Source: an uncultured Coriobacteriales bacterium (GTDB lineage: Bacteria > Actinomycetota > Coriobacteriia > Coriobacteriales > UMGS124). From it: DNA of 45,422 bases. The first letter of the stretch is position 1; every line of letters begins with the position of its first letter. Position numbers and translations under genes: made by a program. The stretch is taken from contig CAIFEU010000003.1 in assembly GCA_903789505.1 (NCBI GenBank), forward strand, positions 1 to 45,422, read 5' to 3'. Below the pieces are notes generated by a model. The model ran no database searches, was not told the DNA's origin, and worked only from the letters and a program-made list of their open reading frames with translations. This document shows, piece by piece, positions 21,708 to 30,637 of this stretch.

Positions 21708-22816
21708 GATGCGGACCCTCCCCGCGCCTTGAGATCGACGATCGAAAGGACCTTGGCGCGGTCGCGCTCGCCCTGCGTGAAGTAATCGAGGTTCGCGGTC
21801 GTCACGATCGTCTGCATGCCGGTGTCTATCAGGGAGAACAGCGCCCTGCGCCGGTCATTGTCAAGCTCGCTCATCACGTCGTCGAGCAAAAACACCGGGT
21901 AGTACCCGAGCATGTCCTTGACCAGGGCCGCGTTGGCCATCTTGATCGCGAGGATCGTCGTGCGCTGCTGCCCCTGCGAGCCGAAGTTGCGCACCGCCCT
22001 GCCGTCGATCGTCATCGCGATGTCGTCGTGGTGCGGCCCCGCCACCGTCGTGCGCCGGGCGACCTCCTCCTGGCGCCTCTCACGCAGGATGTCGTGGAAT
22101 GCCTCGACGACCCTCTGCCTGTCGTCGGTGAGCACCCCGCAGAACGGGCGGTACTCCACCACGATGCTCTCGTCGTGGGAGAGCTGGCGGTACGCGTCGT
22201 CGACGTACGGGACGAGGCGCCTGACGAGCGCCTGACGGTACAGGTACAGCGTCGAGCCTGCCGCCACGAGCGCGTTGGTCCAGCTTTCGAACACGTCCCC
22301 GTCGAAGACCTCCCCCTTGAGCAGGGAGTTGCGCTGCGTGACGGCACGCGTGTAGTCGCGCAGGACCTTGCGGTACGCGTCGCTGAGCTGCACGCCGATC
22401 GCGTCGACCAGGTCGCGCCGGCCCGATGCCGGCCCCTTCACCACAAGCAGGTCGTCAGGGTTGAACAGCACCGAGGGGAGGATCTTGGGGCACTCGCTCG
22501 CCCTTCTGTTCTTGCCGTTGATCACGAACGTCTTCTTGGACGGGGCTATGACACACTCCTCGTCGATCAGTCGCTTCTCGCCCACCAGACGCTGCCGCAC
22601 CCTCGCCGCCTCGCCGTCTGGCCCGATCATGTCGGACCCGCCCGCGAGGTGGCGGAAGCTGGCACCGTTCGTCAGCAGCGATATCCCCTCGACGCAGTTG
22701 GTCTTCCCCGCCGCGTTGGGCCCGTGGATGATCGTGAAGCTCTCGGAGGGCTCGAACTCCACCTTCCTTAAGTTCCTGAAGTTCGCGTACGAGACGCTCT
22801 GGATTATCAAGGGCAT
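21704..22816 (-). CDS. recF: DNA replication and repair protein RecF
   Basis: Walker A GPNAAGKTN, SMC-like signature SQGQQRT, Walker B FLLDDVMSELD. Confidence 0.93.
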   Translation of the reverse strand: MPLIIQSVSYANFRNLRKVEFEPSESFTIIHGPNAAGKTNCVEGISLLTNGASFRHLAGGSDMIGPDGEAARVRQRLVGEKRLIDEECVIAPSKKTFVINGKNRRASECPKILPSVLFNPDDLLVVKGPASGRRDLVDAIGVQLSDAYRKVLRDYTRAVTQRNSLLKGEVFDGDVFESWTNALVAAGSTLYLYRQALVRRLVPYVDDAYRQLSHDESIVVEYRPFCGVLTDDRQRVVEAFHDILRERRQEEVARRTTVAGPHHDDIAMTIDGRAVRNFGSQGQQRTTILAIKMANAALVKDMLGYYPVFLLDDVMSELDNDRRRALFSLIDTGMQTIVTTANLDYFTQGERDRAKVLSIVDLKARGGSAS

Positions 22817-22818
22817 CC

Positions 22819-23922
22819 CTAGTAGTTGGGACGGACGGGCATCACGAGGTACAGGAAGTCGATGTCGCCGGTCGTGCGGAACGTCCCGGGCTTGAACGCG
22901 CTCTCGGCCTCGAACGTGATCATGACGTCATCGTCGGTCTTCTGCAGGCAGTCATAGATGAACCGCGAGTTGAAAGAGATCGACATGTCCTCGCCGTCGA
23001 CCTCGACCGGAAGCTCCTCGCGCGCGCGGCCCTGGTCGGGGATCTTCGAGGTGATGACGAGGACGCCCTGGTCGGCGACAATCTGAAAGTTCACCTCGGA
23101 GTTGTTGACCGTCATCGTCCTGACGCGCTGCATCGACTCATACAGGTCGTTCATCTTGAGCGCGATCTTGGTGGTGTACGACGTGGGGATGAGCTTCTGG
23201 TAGTTGGGGTAGTTGCCCTCGATGCGCCTAGTCACGTACGTCACGTCGCCGAACATGAAGATGATCTGCGACTGGTTGCTCGCGATCGTGATCGTGCGCT
23301 GGTCGCTTGCCAGGGACAGGGCGTTGCGCAGGCTTCTCGACGGGACGATGACCTGGAAGTTCTCGACCTCCGAGACGATCTTCGCGTCGGCGACTGCCAG
23401 GCGCACCGAGTCGGTGGTGACCAGGCGAATCCTGTCGGGCGTCACGTTGAGCAGAATGCCGTTGAGGATGGCGCGGTTCTTATCAGCCGAGGCGGCCACG
23501 ACGACCCTGCTCACCATGTCATTGAGCGTCGAGGCTGGGAGCTCCACCGTCGAGTCGACCGAGAACTCCGGGAATGAGGGATAGTCCTGCGGGGCGAAGG
23601 TGTTGATGCTGAAGTAGCTCGTCCCGCTCGTGACGTTGATGGAGCTCCCGTCGGTCTCGAACGAGACGACGCCCTCCCCGAGATGGCCGATCACGTCGTT
23701 GAGAAGCTTGGTGGGAACGACGACCTGACCCGGCTCTTCGATGTTCGCGATGACCTTCTGGCGAAGGCTCACGTCCATGTTCGTGTTCTCGAGGATGAGC
23801 TGGTCCTCGGTTGCCGTGATGAGAACGCCCGTGAGGATGGAGAGGGTCGAGTTCATCTCAACGCCCTTGAGGGCCTTGTTGAGTGCGGTCTTGATCGTGT
23901 CCCTCTCGACGATGAACTTCAT
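22819..23922 (-). CDS. dnaN: DNA polymerase III beta sliding clamp
   Basis: Canonical N-terminus MKFIVERD (ATG at 23922; the ORF track starts 3 codons earlier at a GTG). Three-domain length. TAG stop. Confidence 0.93.
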   Translation of the reverse strand: MKFIVERDTIKTALNKALKGVEMNSTLSILTGVLITATEDQLILENTNMDVSLRQKVIANIEEPGQVVVPTKLLNDVIGHLGEGVVSFETDGSSINVTSGTSYFSINTFAPQDYPSFPEFSVDSTVELPASTLNDMVSRVVVAASADKNRAILNGILLNVTPDRIRLVTTDSVRLAVADAKIVSEVENFQVIVPSRSLRNALSLASDQRTITIASNQSQIIFMFGDVTYVTRRIEGNYPNYQKLIPTSYTTKIALKMNDLYESMQRVRTMTVNNSEVNFQIVADQGVLVITSKIPDQGRAREELPVEVDGEDMSISFNSRFIYDCLQKTDDDVMITFEAESAFKPGTFRTTGDIDFLYLVMPVRPNY

Positions 23923-23954
23923 CCGTCCCACCCCATCCGCTTAATAAGGTTTTG

Positions 23955-24315
23955 GTAGCTGTAGCTGTAGTGTCTGTTAGGATTGTTGGAAAGCCGAATT
24001 CCTGCAGCTCAGGGATAAGAAATCTTATCACATGGCTCTGTTGGCAAACCTTTCGAATGGGGCCCGCCAAACCAATCGACATCTCTCCTACCGCATCGGC
24101 TTTCAACCGGCTTTCAAACGCAGACTCACCGCAGACGAACAACCTTTCATCGGTGCTTCCAACGGGGTTTTCCACATCGGTCGATGGTGATGATCCACGT
24201 GGGCGGACTTTTCCACCTTTTGCACCCTCCTGTGGAAAACCAGGTTGAAAATGTGCGCAAAGGGCCTCCCGATCAGCGTCCCTAGCAGCGCGATGGCGCC
24301 TCCGCGGGTTTCCAA
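23955..24315. promoter_or_regulatory. DnaA-box cluster in the dnaA-dnaN spacer (oriC part 2)
   Basis: TTTTCCACA at 24168, TGATCCACG at 24191, TTTTCCACC at 24209, inverted TGTGGAAAA at 24231, and CTTTCAAC/GTTGAAAA at 24100, 24111 and 24244. Also the palindrome GATAAGAAATCTTATC (24013-24028) and the hexamer-periodic GTAGCTGTAGCTGTAGTG (23955-23972). Confidence 0.7.
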
Positions 24316-24352
24316 CGTTCCCGTGACGGCCCCGCACGGCGCCCCGTGTGCC

Positions 24353-26242
24353 CTATCGGTTCTTGATCGCCTTCTGCAGGTGCTCCAGCTTGTACATGAA
24401 CGTGCGGTCGCTCTGCGACATGTGCTCGATCTTGGTGATGGAGCTCAGTGCCGTGGTGTGGTCGCGGTCGAAGAACGAGCCTATCGACGAGTACGTGCCG
24501 TCGGTCATCTGGCGCGCGAGCCACATAGACACCTGCCTGGCCTCGCTGACCTGCTTCGTCCTGCGCTTCCCGCGCATGTCCTGCTCCGAGACCCCGTATT
24601 CCTTGGCCACGACCTTCACGATCGTCGAGAGCTCGACCTTGTGCTCCTCGCGGTACATCTCGTCGTGGATCGCGCGAATCCTGTCCTCGGTCAGCTCGAC
24701 GTTGGGCTTCGTGCTCTCCTTGAGCATGACCGTGTTGAGGAAGCCAAGCATCTCGCGGATGCTGTTGGGAGAGTACTGGGCGATCCAGGTGAGCTCGCGG
24801 TCGCCCAGCTCGCGGTTGTTGGCGTGGAACCACGATATCTGGGCGCGCTTGCGCTCGTAGTAGCTCTTGAGGATTGACAGCTTCAGCTCCAGGCTCGGCT
24901 GCGCGATGCTCAGGACGGTCCCGCTGCTGAACCGCGTCTTCATGCGCTCGTCGAGCTGCAGGTAGTCCGGCGGCTCGTCCGCCGTCAGGACGATCGTCTT
25001 GCCCTGGTAGATGAGCTGGTTGAAGATGTCGAAGAACGTCGTCATCGTCTCTTGCTTGTTGACGAGGAACTGCACGTCGTCGATGAGCAGGATGTCAGTG
25101 TCGCGGTACTTCTTCATGACCTCCTTGCCGCGGCGCTTTCTGTTGATGATGTCCTCGATGTAGTCCTCGGTGAAGTTGTTGGAGCTCGCATAGACCACCT
25201 TCACCTCGCTGTTCCGATACATGTGGATGTAGTTCATGATCGCGAACAGCAGGTGGGTCTTCCCCAGCCCGCTCTTGCTGTAGAAGAAGATGGGGTTCGG
25301 GGGGACCCTGTCGCCCTCAGCCACCTCGCGGGCGACGTCGTAGGCCATGCGGTTCGCCTCGCCCACGACGAAGGTGTCGAACGTGAAGTCCTCGATCGCG
25401 AGCTTGGTGGAAGAACCCGCCGCTTTCGAGGTGGCTCCCGCGCCTGCCCGAGCTGCTGCCGGTGCGGCGGTCGGCGTCCCCGCCTGGGTTCCGGCGCTCT
25501 CCGAGGTCTCGACGATGGTCGCGATGCGCGGTGCCTCCTGGGACGGGGCGCCTGCGGGCACCTCCTCCCGCACGGGCTGGGCCGCGGGCGCCGTCGCCGT
25601 GGGGGTCACGGGGGTCTGCACCATGACGGGGGCCGGCACTCCCTCGGGGATGATGTCTATCTCGCCCGCCTTCTCCGCCCGGGCTTCGGTCGGGGAGCCC
25701 CCGGGCACGACGGAGCCCATCGCCGGAACCTCGGGCGCCGGCGGGGTGAGGGGCTGCGCCGCGGGGGCGACGGTCGGCCAGGCGGCGGGCCTCGGCCCGG
25801 TCGCTGGCATCGGCTCGGGTGTGACGGGCGCGGGCGCGAGGACGACGGGCGTCGCCGCCGGCCGGGCCGGGGCCTGGGGCGCGGGGGTCGGGGAGGTCGC
25901 GGGTGCCGCCTCGGGCGTCTCCTGCCGCTGACCCTGCGGTTCGCCCGTGGCAAGCGTCTGGGGGTCCGCGGTGCTGAACAGCGACGCGTCGACCACGACC
26001 CTGAAGTCCAGGTCCATCAGCGTGATCTGCTTGATCCACCCCTCGATCAGCGACTTGTAGTTGGTCATCACGTTCTGCTCGGTCCACCTGAACTGCGTGA
26101 GCGCGGTGAACGTTCCGTTCTCTATCGAGTAGGGGCGCAGACGCTCCAGCCATGCCGAGATCGACGGGTCCTCCCGGTAGGACTTTGCGAGGTTCTGGAC
26201 GTCGGTCCATATGGTGACGGCATCTTGAAATGAAGACATCAT
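24353..26242 (-). CDS. dnaA: chromosomal replication initiator DnaA (long Pro/Ala-rich domain II)
   Basis: AAA+ Walker A GLGKTHL, Walker B LLIDDVQF, and the C-terminal DnaA signature/HTH region (DHTTALSSITKIE). Confidence 0.95.
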   Translation of the reverse strand: MMSSFQDAVTIWTDVQNLAKSYREDPSISAWLERLRPYSIENGTFTALTQFRWTEQNVMTNYKSLIEGWIKQITLMDLDFRVVVDASLFSTADPQTLATGEPQGQRQETPEAAPATSPTPAPQAPARPAATPVVLAPAPVTPEPMPATGPRPAAWPTVAPAAQPLTPPAPEVPAMGSVVPGGSPTEARAEKAGEIDIIPEGVPAPVMVQTPVTPTATAPAAQPVREEVPAGAPSQEAPRIATIVETSESAGTQAGTPTAAPAAARAGAGATSKAAGSSTKLAIEDFTFDTFVVGEANRMAYDVAREVAEGDRVPPNPIFFYSKSGLGKTHLLFAIMNYIHMYRNSEVKVVYASSNNFTEDYIEDIINRKRRGKEVMKKYRDTDILLIDDVQFLVNKQETMTTFFDIFNQLIYQGKTIVLTADEPPDYLQLDERMKTRFSSGTVLSIAQPSLELKLSILKSYYERKRAQISWFHANNRELGDRELTWIAQYSPNSIREMLGFLNTVMLKESTKPNVELTEDRIRAIHDEMYREEHKVELSTIVKVVAKEYGVSEQDMRGKRRTKQVSEARQVSMWLARQMTDGTYSSIGSFFDRDHTTALSSITKIEHMSQSDRTFMYKLEHLQKAIKNR

Positions 26243-26259
26243 TTTCTAATCCAAACAGA

Positions 26260-27546
26260 CTAAATGTTGGTAATGAACTTCTTGCCCTCGTCGGTCAGGC
26301 AGTACTTCTTGTTGTTGTTTGGCTTGTAGATGAGGCCGATCTTGTTCAGCTCCTGCAATCGCCTCGTCCCCGTCGAGAGGCTCACGCCCAGGCTCTCGTT
26401 GACGTCCGTCGTGCCTACCTGCCTCTGCCTCTTGAAGAGGAGCAGGACCTGCCTGAGGCTCTCGCTTATCGCGCGCGGGGCGTCAGCGGCACCGGCGGAA
26501 GGCGCCGCGTCGCCCGTCCCCTGCGGCTCCGGCATCCCCTGCGGGGCCCGCGTCGCTGCGTGGTCGGGCTGTGCGACGGGGGACGGCGGGAAGTCGCCGT
26601 ACTGCCGCTGCGGCTGCGCGGCGAAGGCCTGCTGGGTGCCCTGCATCGCAGGGAAGCCCTGGGCGTACTGGGGAACGGGGTAGGGAGCGTACTGTCCCGG
26701 TGCGTACTGCTGCTGTCCCGGTGTGACCTGCTGTGGCTGATAGCCGTACGGGTATCCGTAGTAGGGGTAGTACATCGGCTGCTGGCCGTACTGGGGAGGT
26801 GCCGCATAGGGCTGCTGGGGAGATGTCGTCACGGGCATCGCGCCTGCCGCCCCGGGCGTCGGCATGCCCACATAGCCCGAAGCCGCGGGGATTGCGGCGG
26901 GCACCTGCTGTTGTCCCGGCATCGTCGGCGTGGGCTGCGCCTGCGGGGAGCCCGCCTGGGAGGGCATCCCGGCGTCTCCCTCCACGTAACCGGCCCCCTC
27001 GGGGTCGTTGGCGTGAGCGTGGGCCAGGGAGATCGTGACGACCGTCCCATGACCGATGTTGTCCTCGATCGTGATGGTTCCCCCGCGCGCGTGGATGTTC
27101 TGCTCGACCGTCGGGAAGCCGCTGCCCACGCCGCGGATGTACTTCTTCATCTCCCGCGTCGCGGAGGTGAACGACGGCTTGATCGCCGCCTGCTTGTTCG
27201 GTATGCCGGGGCCTTGGTCACTGAAGATGAGCGTCTGTCCCTTGTCGAGGATCGAGATGGTGGGTTCGATGAAGTACGCGTGGATGTAGTTTTCCACCAG
27301 CTCGCGCACCGTCGAGTAGCCGAAGCTCCCTCCCTGCTGCATCATCAGCTGGTAGACGGTGTCCTGGATTTCCTGCAGATAGGTCCTGATGTCCTTGGGC
27401 TCGATGACGACGACGCGCGGCGGCATCGTCGGGTCGTCGTACACCGCTATGCGCGCCGGGTACGATGGTTCCGGCAGCTCATTTTCACCTTCATGATGGT
27501 TATCATCATTTGAACTGTTTTCTACAAACGGATAAAAAGTATCCAT
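26260..27546 (-). CDS. GHKL-type ATPase domain / Q-Y-P-rich low-complexity region / C-terminal winged-HTH protein
   Basis: N box ELVENYIHA, G1 DQGPGIP, G2 GVGSGFP. About 180 aa are Q/P/Y/G/A-rich (QQPMYYPYYGYPYGYQPQQ). The C-terminus VGTTDVNESLGVSLSTGTRRLQELNKIGLIYK is HTH-like. TAG stop 17 nt before the dnaA ATG. Confidence 0.7.
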   Translation of the reverse strand: MDTFYPFVENSSNDDNHHEGENELPEPSYPARIAVYDDPTMPPRVVVIEPKDIRTYLQEIQDTVYQLMMQQGGSFGYSTVRELVENYIHAYFIEPTISILDKGQTLIFSDQGPGIPNKQAAIKPSFTSATREMKKYIRGVGSGFPTVEQNIHARGGTITIEDNIGHGTVVTISLAHAHANDPEGAGYVEGDAGMPSQAGSPQAQPTPTMPGQQQVPAAIPAASGYVGMPTPGAAGAMPVTTSPQQPYAAPPQYGQQPMYYPYYGYPYGYQPQQVTPGQQQYAPGQYAPYPVPQYAQGFPAMQGTQQAFAAQPQRQYGDFPPSPVAQPDHAATRAPQGMPEPQGTGDAAPSAGAADAPRAISESLRQVLLLFKRQRQVGTTDVNESLGVSLSTGTRRLQELNKIGLIYKPNNNKKYCLTDEGKKFITNI

Positions 27547-27721
27547 ATTGAATTACTTTCTATAATGATAGATAACCAACAATCCGAGTAATGAGCATTG
27601 TAGAACAAAGGGTGACGAGAGTCTCTTGCGCCGCCGCTTGCCTTCGGTCCGGGCTGCGCTTGCGCGTCGTGAAAAGAGCAAGTTGGGAAAAGGCCTGCTT
27701 ACAGTGCCCTTACGTGGTTTG

Positions 27722-28041
27722 GTTTTCAACCTATGACAATGGCTTTCAACAGGTATAACACAGTTTTCCACACTCCGTGCTTTCAACAGTGTTGAAAACT
27801 CGCCCCTGAAATTCCGAAATTGTTGAAAACTCGGTGAGAACCGTTGAAAACGGCATTCCAAGGTTTGAAATGTTCAATTGCTCCAAGAATTTGTTATATC
27901 TAATTAAATATTCAAATTAATGATACACATTAAATAATTAATAGTCATATATTGTAGAAATATAGATTTCATTAATCTATATTCAACATATGAAATTCAG
28001 TGCACCTAAGCATCCTTTCGGGTGTCGAAATTGTTTTCAAC
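27722..28041. promoter_or_regulatory. oriC part 1: cluster of TTTTCAAC/GTTGAAAA boxes plus one TTTTCCACA DnaA box, flanking an AT-rich element
   Basis: 8-mers at 27722, 27743, 27780 and 28034 (forward) and 27791, 27822 and 27843 (inverted), with a variant at 27863. TTTTCCACA at 27764. Perfect palindrome TTTCAAC-AGT-GTTGAAA at 27781-27797. Confidence 0.7.
27885..28000. promoter_or_regulatory. strongly AT-rich tract, candidate DNA-unwinding element
   Basis: About 115 bp that are almost all A/T (ttatatctaattaaatattcaaattaatgataca...), in a genome whose genes are mostly GC-rich. Bracketed by the box cluster. Confidence 0.6.
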
Positions 28042-28182
28042 GCCATTCTGTTGTAAGCGGCGGGTGAAAAGGTGAAAGGGGAGGCGGAGGACGGCCGCCG
28101 ACGGGCTTGCGGGGCGAGGGCGCGCATGGTCGAACCCGCTGGTCATCCGTGTGTTCGTTCGGTTGACGCACGGTGATGCCGT

Positions 28183-28211
28183 TTGACGCCTAAAGGTGCT
28201 CTCCTTATACT
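28183..28211 (+). promoter_or_regulatory. rpmH promoter
   Basis: TTGACG, 17 nt, TATACT, located about 55 nt upstream of the rpmH ATG. Confidence 0.6.
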
Positions 28212-28266
28212 CTACTGGCTATTCTGTCTGCATTCGCAGCATATATACGCCAGGAGGATTTGTACT

Positions 28267-28422
28267 ATGAAGCGCACATGGCAGCCCAACAAGCGGAAGC
28301 GTGCCACCACTCACGGCTTCCGTACCCGTATGGCAACGAAGAACGGCCGCAAGGTCCTCGCGCGTCGTCGCGCCAAGGGTCGCAAGAAGCTCACCGTCTC
28401 TGACGAGCGAAACACCAAGTAG
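28267..28422 (+). CDS. rpmH: 50S ribosomal protein L34
   Basis: [44 protein letters not shown] is near-consensus L34. AGGAGG RBS. Short C-terminal extension. Confidence 0.95.
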   Translation: MKRTWQPNKRKRATTHGFRTRMATKNGRKVLARRRAKGRKKLTVSDERNTK

Positions 28423-28426
28423 CTCG

Positions 28427-28768
28427 ATGCAGGGCACTATTAAATCGGGCGCCCGGATTGACTTGATGTTTCAACAAGGCGCTCACTTTAATAGTAGAGA
28501 ACTCTCGCTTATTACATTTTCTGACGATGAAATGCAACGCGACCCTGCTCTCTCGGGTCGCGTTGCATTTATTGCAGGTAAGCGACTCGGCAATGCCGTC
28601 ATCAGAAATAGGAGCAAGCGAGTCTTGAGGGCCGCCGCGTACGAGGCAGGCCTGCCCGTTGCTGGGCACGATGTCATCCTGATTGCCAATCGTCGCACGC
28701 GATTCGTTAAGCACGACGAGCTGGTGGCCTCCCTCTGCAGGCTCCTCAAGAAGGCCGGGCTCAGATGA
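28427..28768 (+). CDS. rnpA: ribonuclease P protein component
   Basis: Position after rpmH. RNR motif region [14 protein letters not shown]. 113 aa from the ATG at 28427. Confidence 0.88.
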   Translation: MQGTIKSGARIDLMFQQGAHFNSRELSLITFSDDEMQRDPALSGRVAFIAGKRLGNAVIRNRSKRVLRAAAYEAGLPVAGHDVILIANRRTRFVKHDELVASLCRLLKKAGLR

Positions 28769-29040
28769 GCAGAGGCGTCGTTGGATGGATTTCGCACATC
28801 CCGAGGTTTGTCCTTCTCACGCTGATTAACTTCTATCGCGCCTGCATTTCTCCTCATTTTCCGGCCTGCTGTAGATATATCCCCACATGCTCGCAGTATG
28901 CTTTGACTGCGGTGGAGCGCTTCGGGGCGCTTCGTGGCGGCTGGCTTACCCTCAAGAGGATTCTTCGCTGCAATCCTTTCCATGCGGGTGGTTTTGACCC
29001 CGTTCCCGACAGCTTCTCGTTTGCAGGCCATTCCAAGTAG
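28765..29040 (+). CDS. yidD: membrane protein insertion efficiency factor YidD
   Basis: [33 protein letters not shown]...RILRCNPF signature. ATGA overlap with rnpA. Confidence 0.9.
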   Translation: MSRGVVGWISHIPRFVLLTLINFYRACISPHFPACCRYIPTCSQYALTAVERFGALRGGWLTLKRILRCNPFHAGGFDPVPDSFSFAGHSK

Positions 29041-29064
29041 CCATCGTTCCGGAGGACTTTCTTT

Positions 29065-29817
29065 ATGTGGGACTGGATAATCAACGCCCTTGCTCAGTGC
29101 ATTGCCTTCTTCGAGGGGTTCATCGGTGACTGGGGACTCGCAATCATCATCCTGACGGTCATCATTCGCCTCCTTCTGCTTCCCCTTACCATTAAGCAGC
29201 AGGATTCGATGGCAGAAATGCAACATGTTCAACCAATACTTAATGAACTTCAGACTAAGTATGCAGATGATCCTCAACGTCTTAACGAAGAGATGATGAA
29301 GTTCTATTCCGAGCACAAGTTCAACCCCCTTGCGGGTTGTCTGCCCATGCTGCTCCAGATGCCAATCTTCTTCGCTCTGTTCTCAGTCCTCCGCTATCAC
29401 GTTCCCGAGGATGCCTCCTTCTACGGGATTCTCCCCAACCTTCCCTCGAGCGCCTCAACGGTGCTCGCCTCGCAGGGGTTCGTCGCTGCCATCCCCTATA
29501 TCATCTTCGTCGTGGCATTCGGCATCCTGACATTCCTGCCCATGATGCTGCAGCAGAACGGCCAGCAGAACAGCATGACCAAGGTCATGGCCGTCGTCAT
29601 GACGATCATGATGCTGTTCGTCGGTTGGTCCTCCCCTGCCGGCGTCGTGCTTTTCTGGGTGACGTCGAGCGCCTGGGCCGTCATCCAGCAGCAGCTCATC
29701 CTCGGGAAGCGCAATCGCGAGTACGAGAAGAAGGAGGAGGCCGAGGAGGTCGTCAAGCCCGTCGAGGTTGACGTCGTCCGTCGCGCCAAGAAGCCTCGCC
29801 CCACCAAGAAGCACTAA
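29065..29817 (+). CDS. yidC: membrane protein insertase YidC (short Gram-positive type)
   Basis: IIILTVIIRLLLLPL...KQ..SM..MQ..QP....LQ.KY......L..E.M.FY....NP..GCLP.L.Q.PIF motif block. Basic C-terminal tail. Confidence 0.9.
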   Translation: MWDWIINALAQCIAFFEGFIGDWGLAIIILTVIIRLLLLPLTIKQQDSMAEMQHVQPILNELQTKYADDPQRLNEEMMKFYSEHKFNPLAGCLPMLLQMPIFFALFSVLRYHVPEDASFYGILPNLPSSASTVLASQGFVAAIPYIIFVVAFGILTFLPMMLQQNGQQNSMTKVMAVVMTIMMLFVGWSSPAGVVLFWVTSSAWAVIQQQLILGKRNREYEKKEEAEEVVKPVEVDVVRRAKKPRPTKKH

Positions 29818-29876
29818 CATTCGGACTGCACGTCGTGCCGGCCGATTTCCTTCAGGGTGTCCTTTAGAGAGACGGG

Positions 29877-30494
29877 ATGTTGATCATGAGCGAAGAGACG
29901 ATCGATGGCCTGACGCAGGGAGACGAGGCCGCTCTCGACGAGCATGAAGCTGAGAGCGCACCCGTCATCCGCGAGGGATTTGAGACCATCGCGGCAAAGA
30001 TGTCCGCCAACGAGGAGCTTAGCGACGAAGAGCTCAATCAGGTGGCGGACGTCGCAATCGAAATCATCCGGAACATTCTCGCGTACTACGACATCTCGGA
30101 TGCCCTCATCGATGAGTATGACGGTGACAATGGGGAGCTCATCTTCAACATCACCGGCAGCGACATGGGTATCCTTATTGGATATCACGGGAAGGTTCTT
30201 GAGTCGTTTAAATATATGTTCTCGACTCTTCTGAACCATTCACTTGGCTTCCGCTTTCCCGCGCGTCTCGACATCGAGGGCTACGAGGACCGTCAGGCTC
30301 AGAAGCTCCAGAACCTTGCCCTCTCTGCCGCCAAGCGTGCCGTTCAGCGTGGGACTGAGGTGCGCATGCGTCCCATGAAGCCCTACGAGCGCAGGATTGT
30401 TCATCTCGCGCTCCGTTCCAATCCGGATGTCGTCACGCATTCCGAGGGCACTGAGCCGAACAGGTGCGTCATCATCAGGCCCGTGCGTCACTAA
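29877..30494 (+). CDS. jag: Jag/KhpB RNA-binding protein (KH + R3H domains)
   Basis: Conserved position after yidC. C-terminal R3H region PMKPYERRIVHLAL....V.T.SEG.EP.R.VII. Confidence 0.85.
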   Translation: MLIMSEETIDGLTQGDEAALDEHEAESAPVIREGFETIAAKMSANEELSDEELNQVADVAIEIIRNILAYYDISDALIDEYDGDNGELIFNITGSDMGILIGYHGKVLESFKYMFSTLLNHSLGFRFPARLDIEGYEDRQAQKLQNLALSAAKRAVQRGTEVRMRPMKPYERRIVHLALRSNPDVVTHSEGTEPNRCVIIRPVRH

Positions 30495-30637
30495 GTTCTC
30501 GAGTGCCTTTCAACTGATTGGAAGATATCATGGGGGAGACAGATGATGTCTCCCCCTTTTTCTGCCAAAAATCGGCGCCTCGCCAATTCTTGGCAGACTG
30601 CGTGTCAACGTTTCCCGTCTTGAAGGAGATGCGTCCC

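Noticed and set aside
27553-27861. 102-aa minus-strand ORF upstream of the GHKL-HTH gene
   Set aside because: It lies entirely over the repeated TTTCAAC/TTTTCCACA box cluster, and its translation is dictated by the repeats. It has no RBS and no protein-like features.
28396-28422. C-terminal extension of L34 (SDERNTK) as something unusual
   Set aside because: It is a few extra residues after the conserved KKLTV end, which is within normal variation and has no further signal.
30518-30637. 40-residue N-terminal extension of RsmG
   Set aside because: No RBS precedes the 30518 ATG, whereas GAAGGAG sits 9 nt upstream of the 30638 ATG. The extension has no RsmG homology that I can see. The start remains uncertain.
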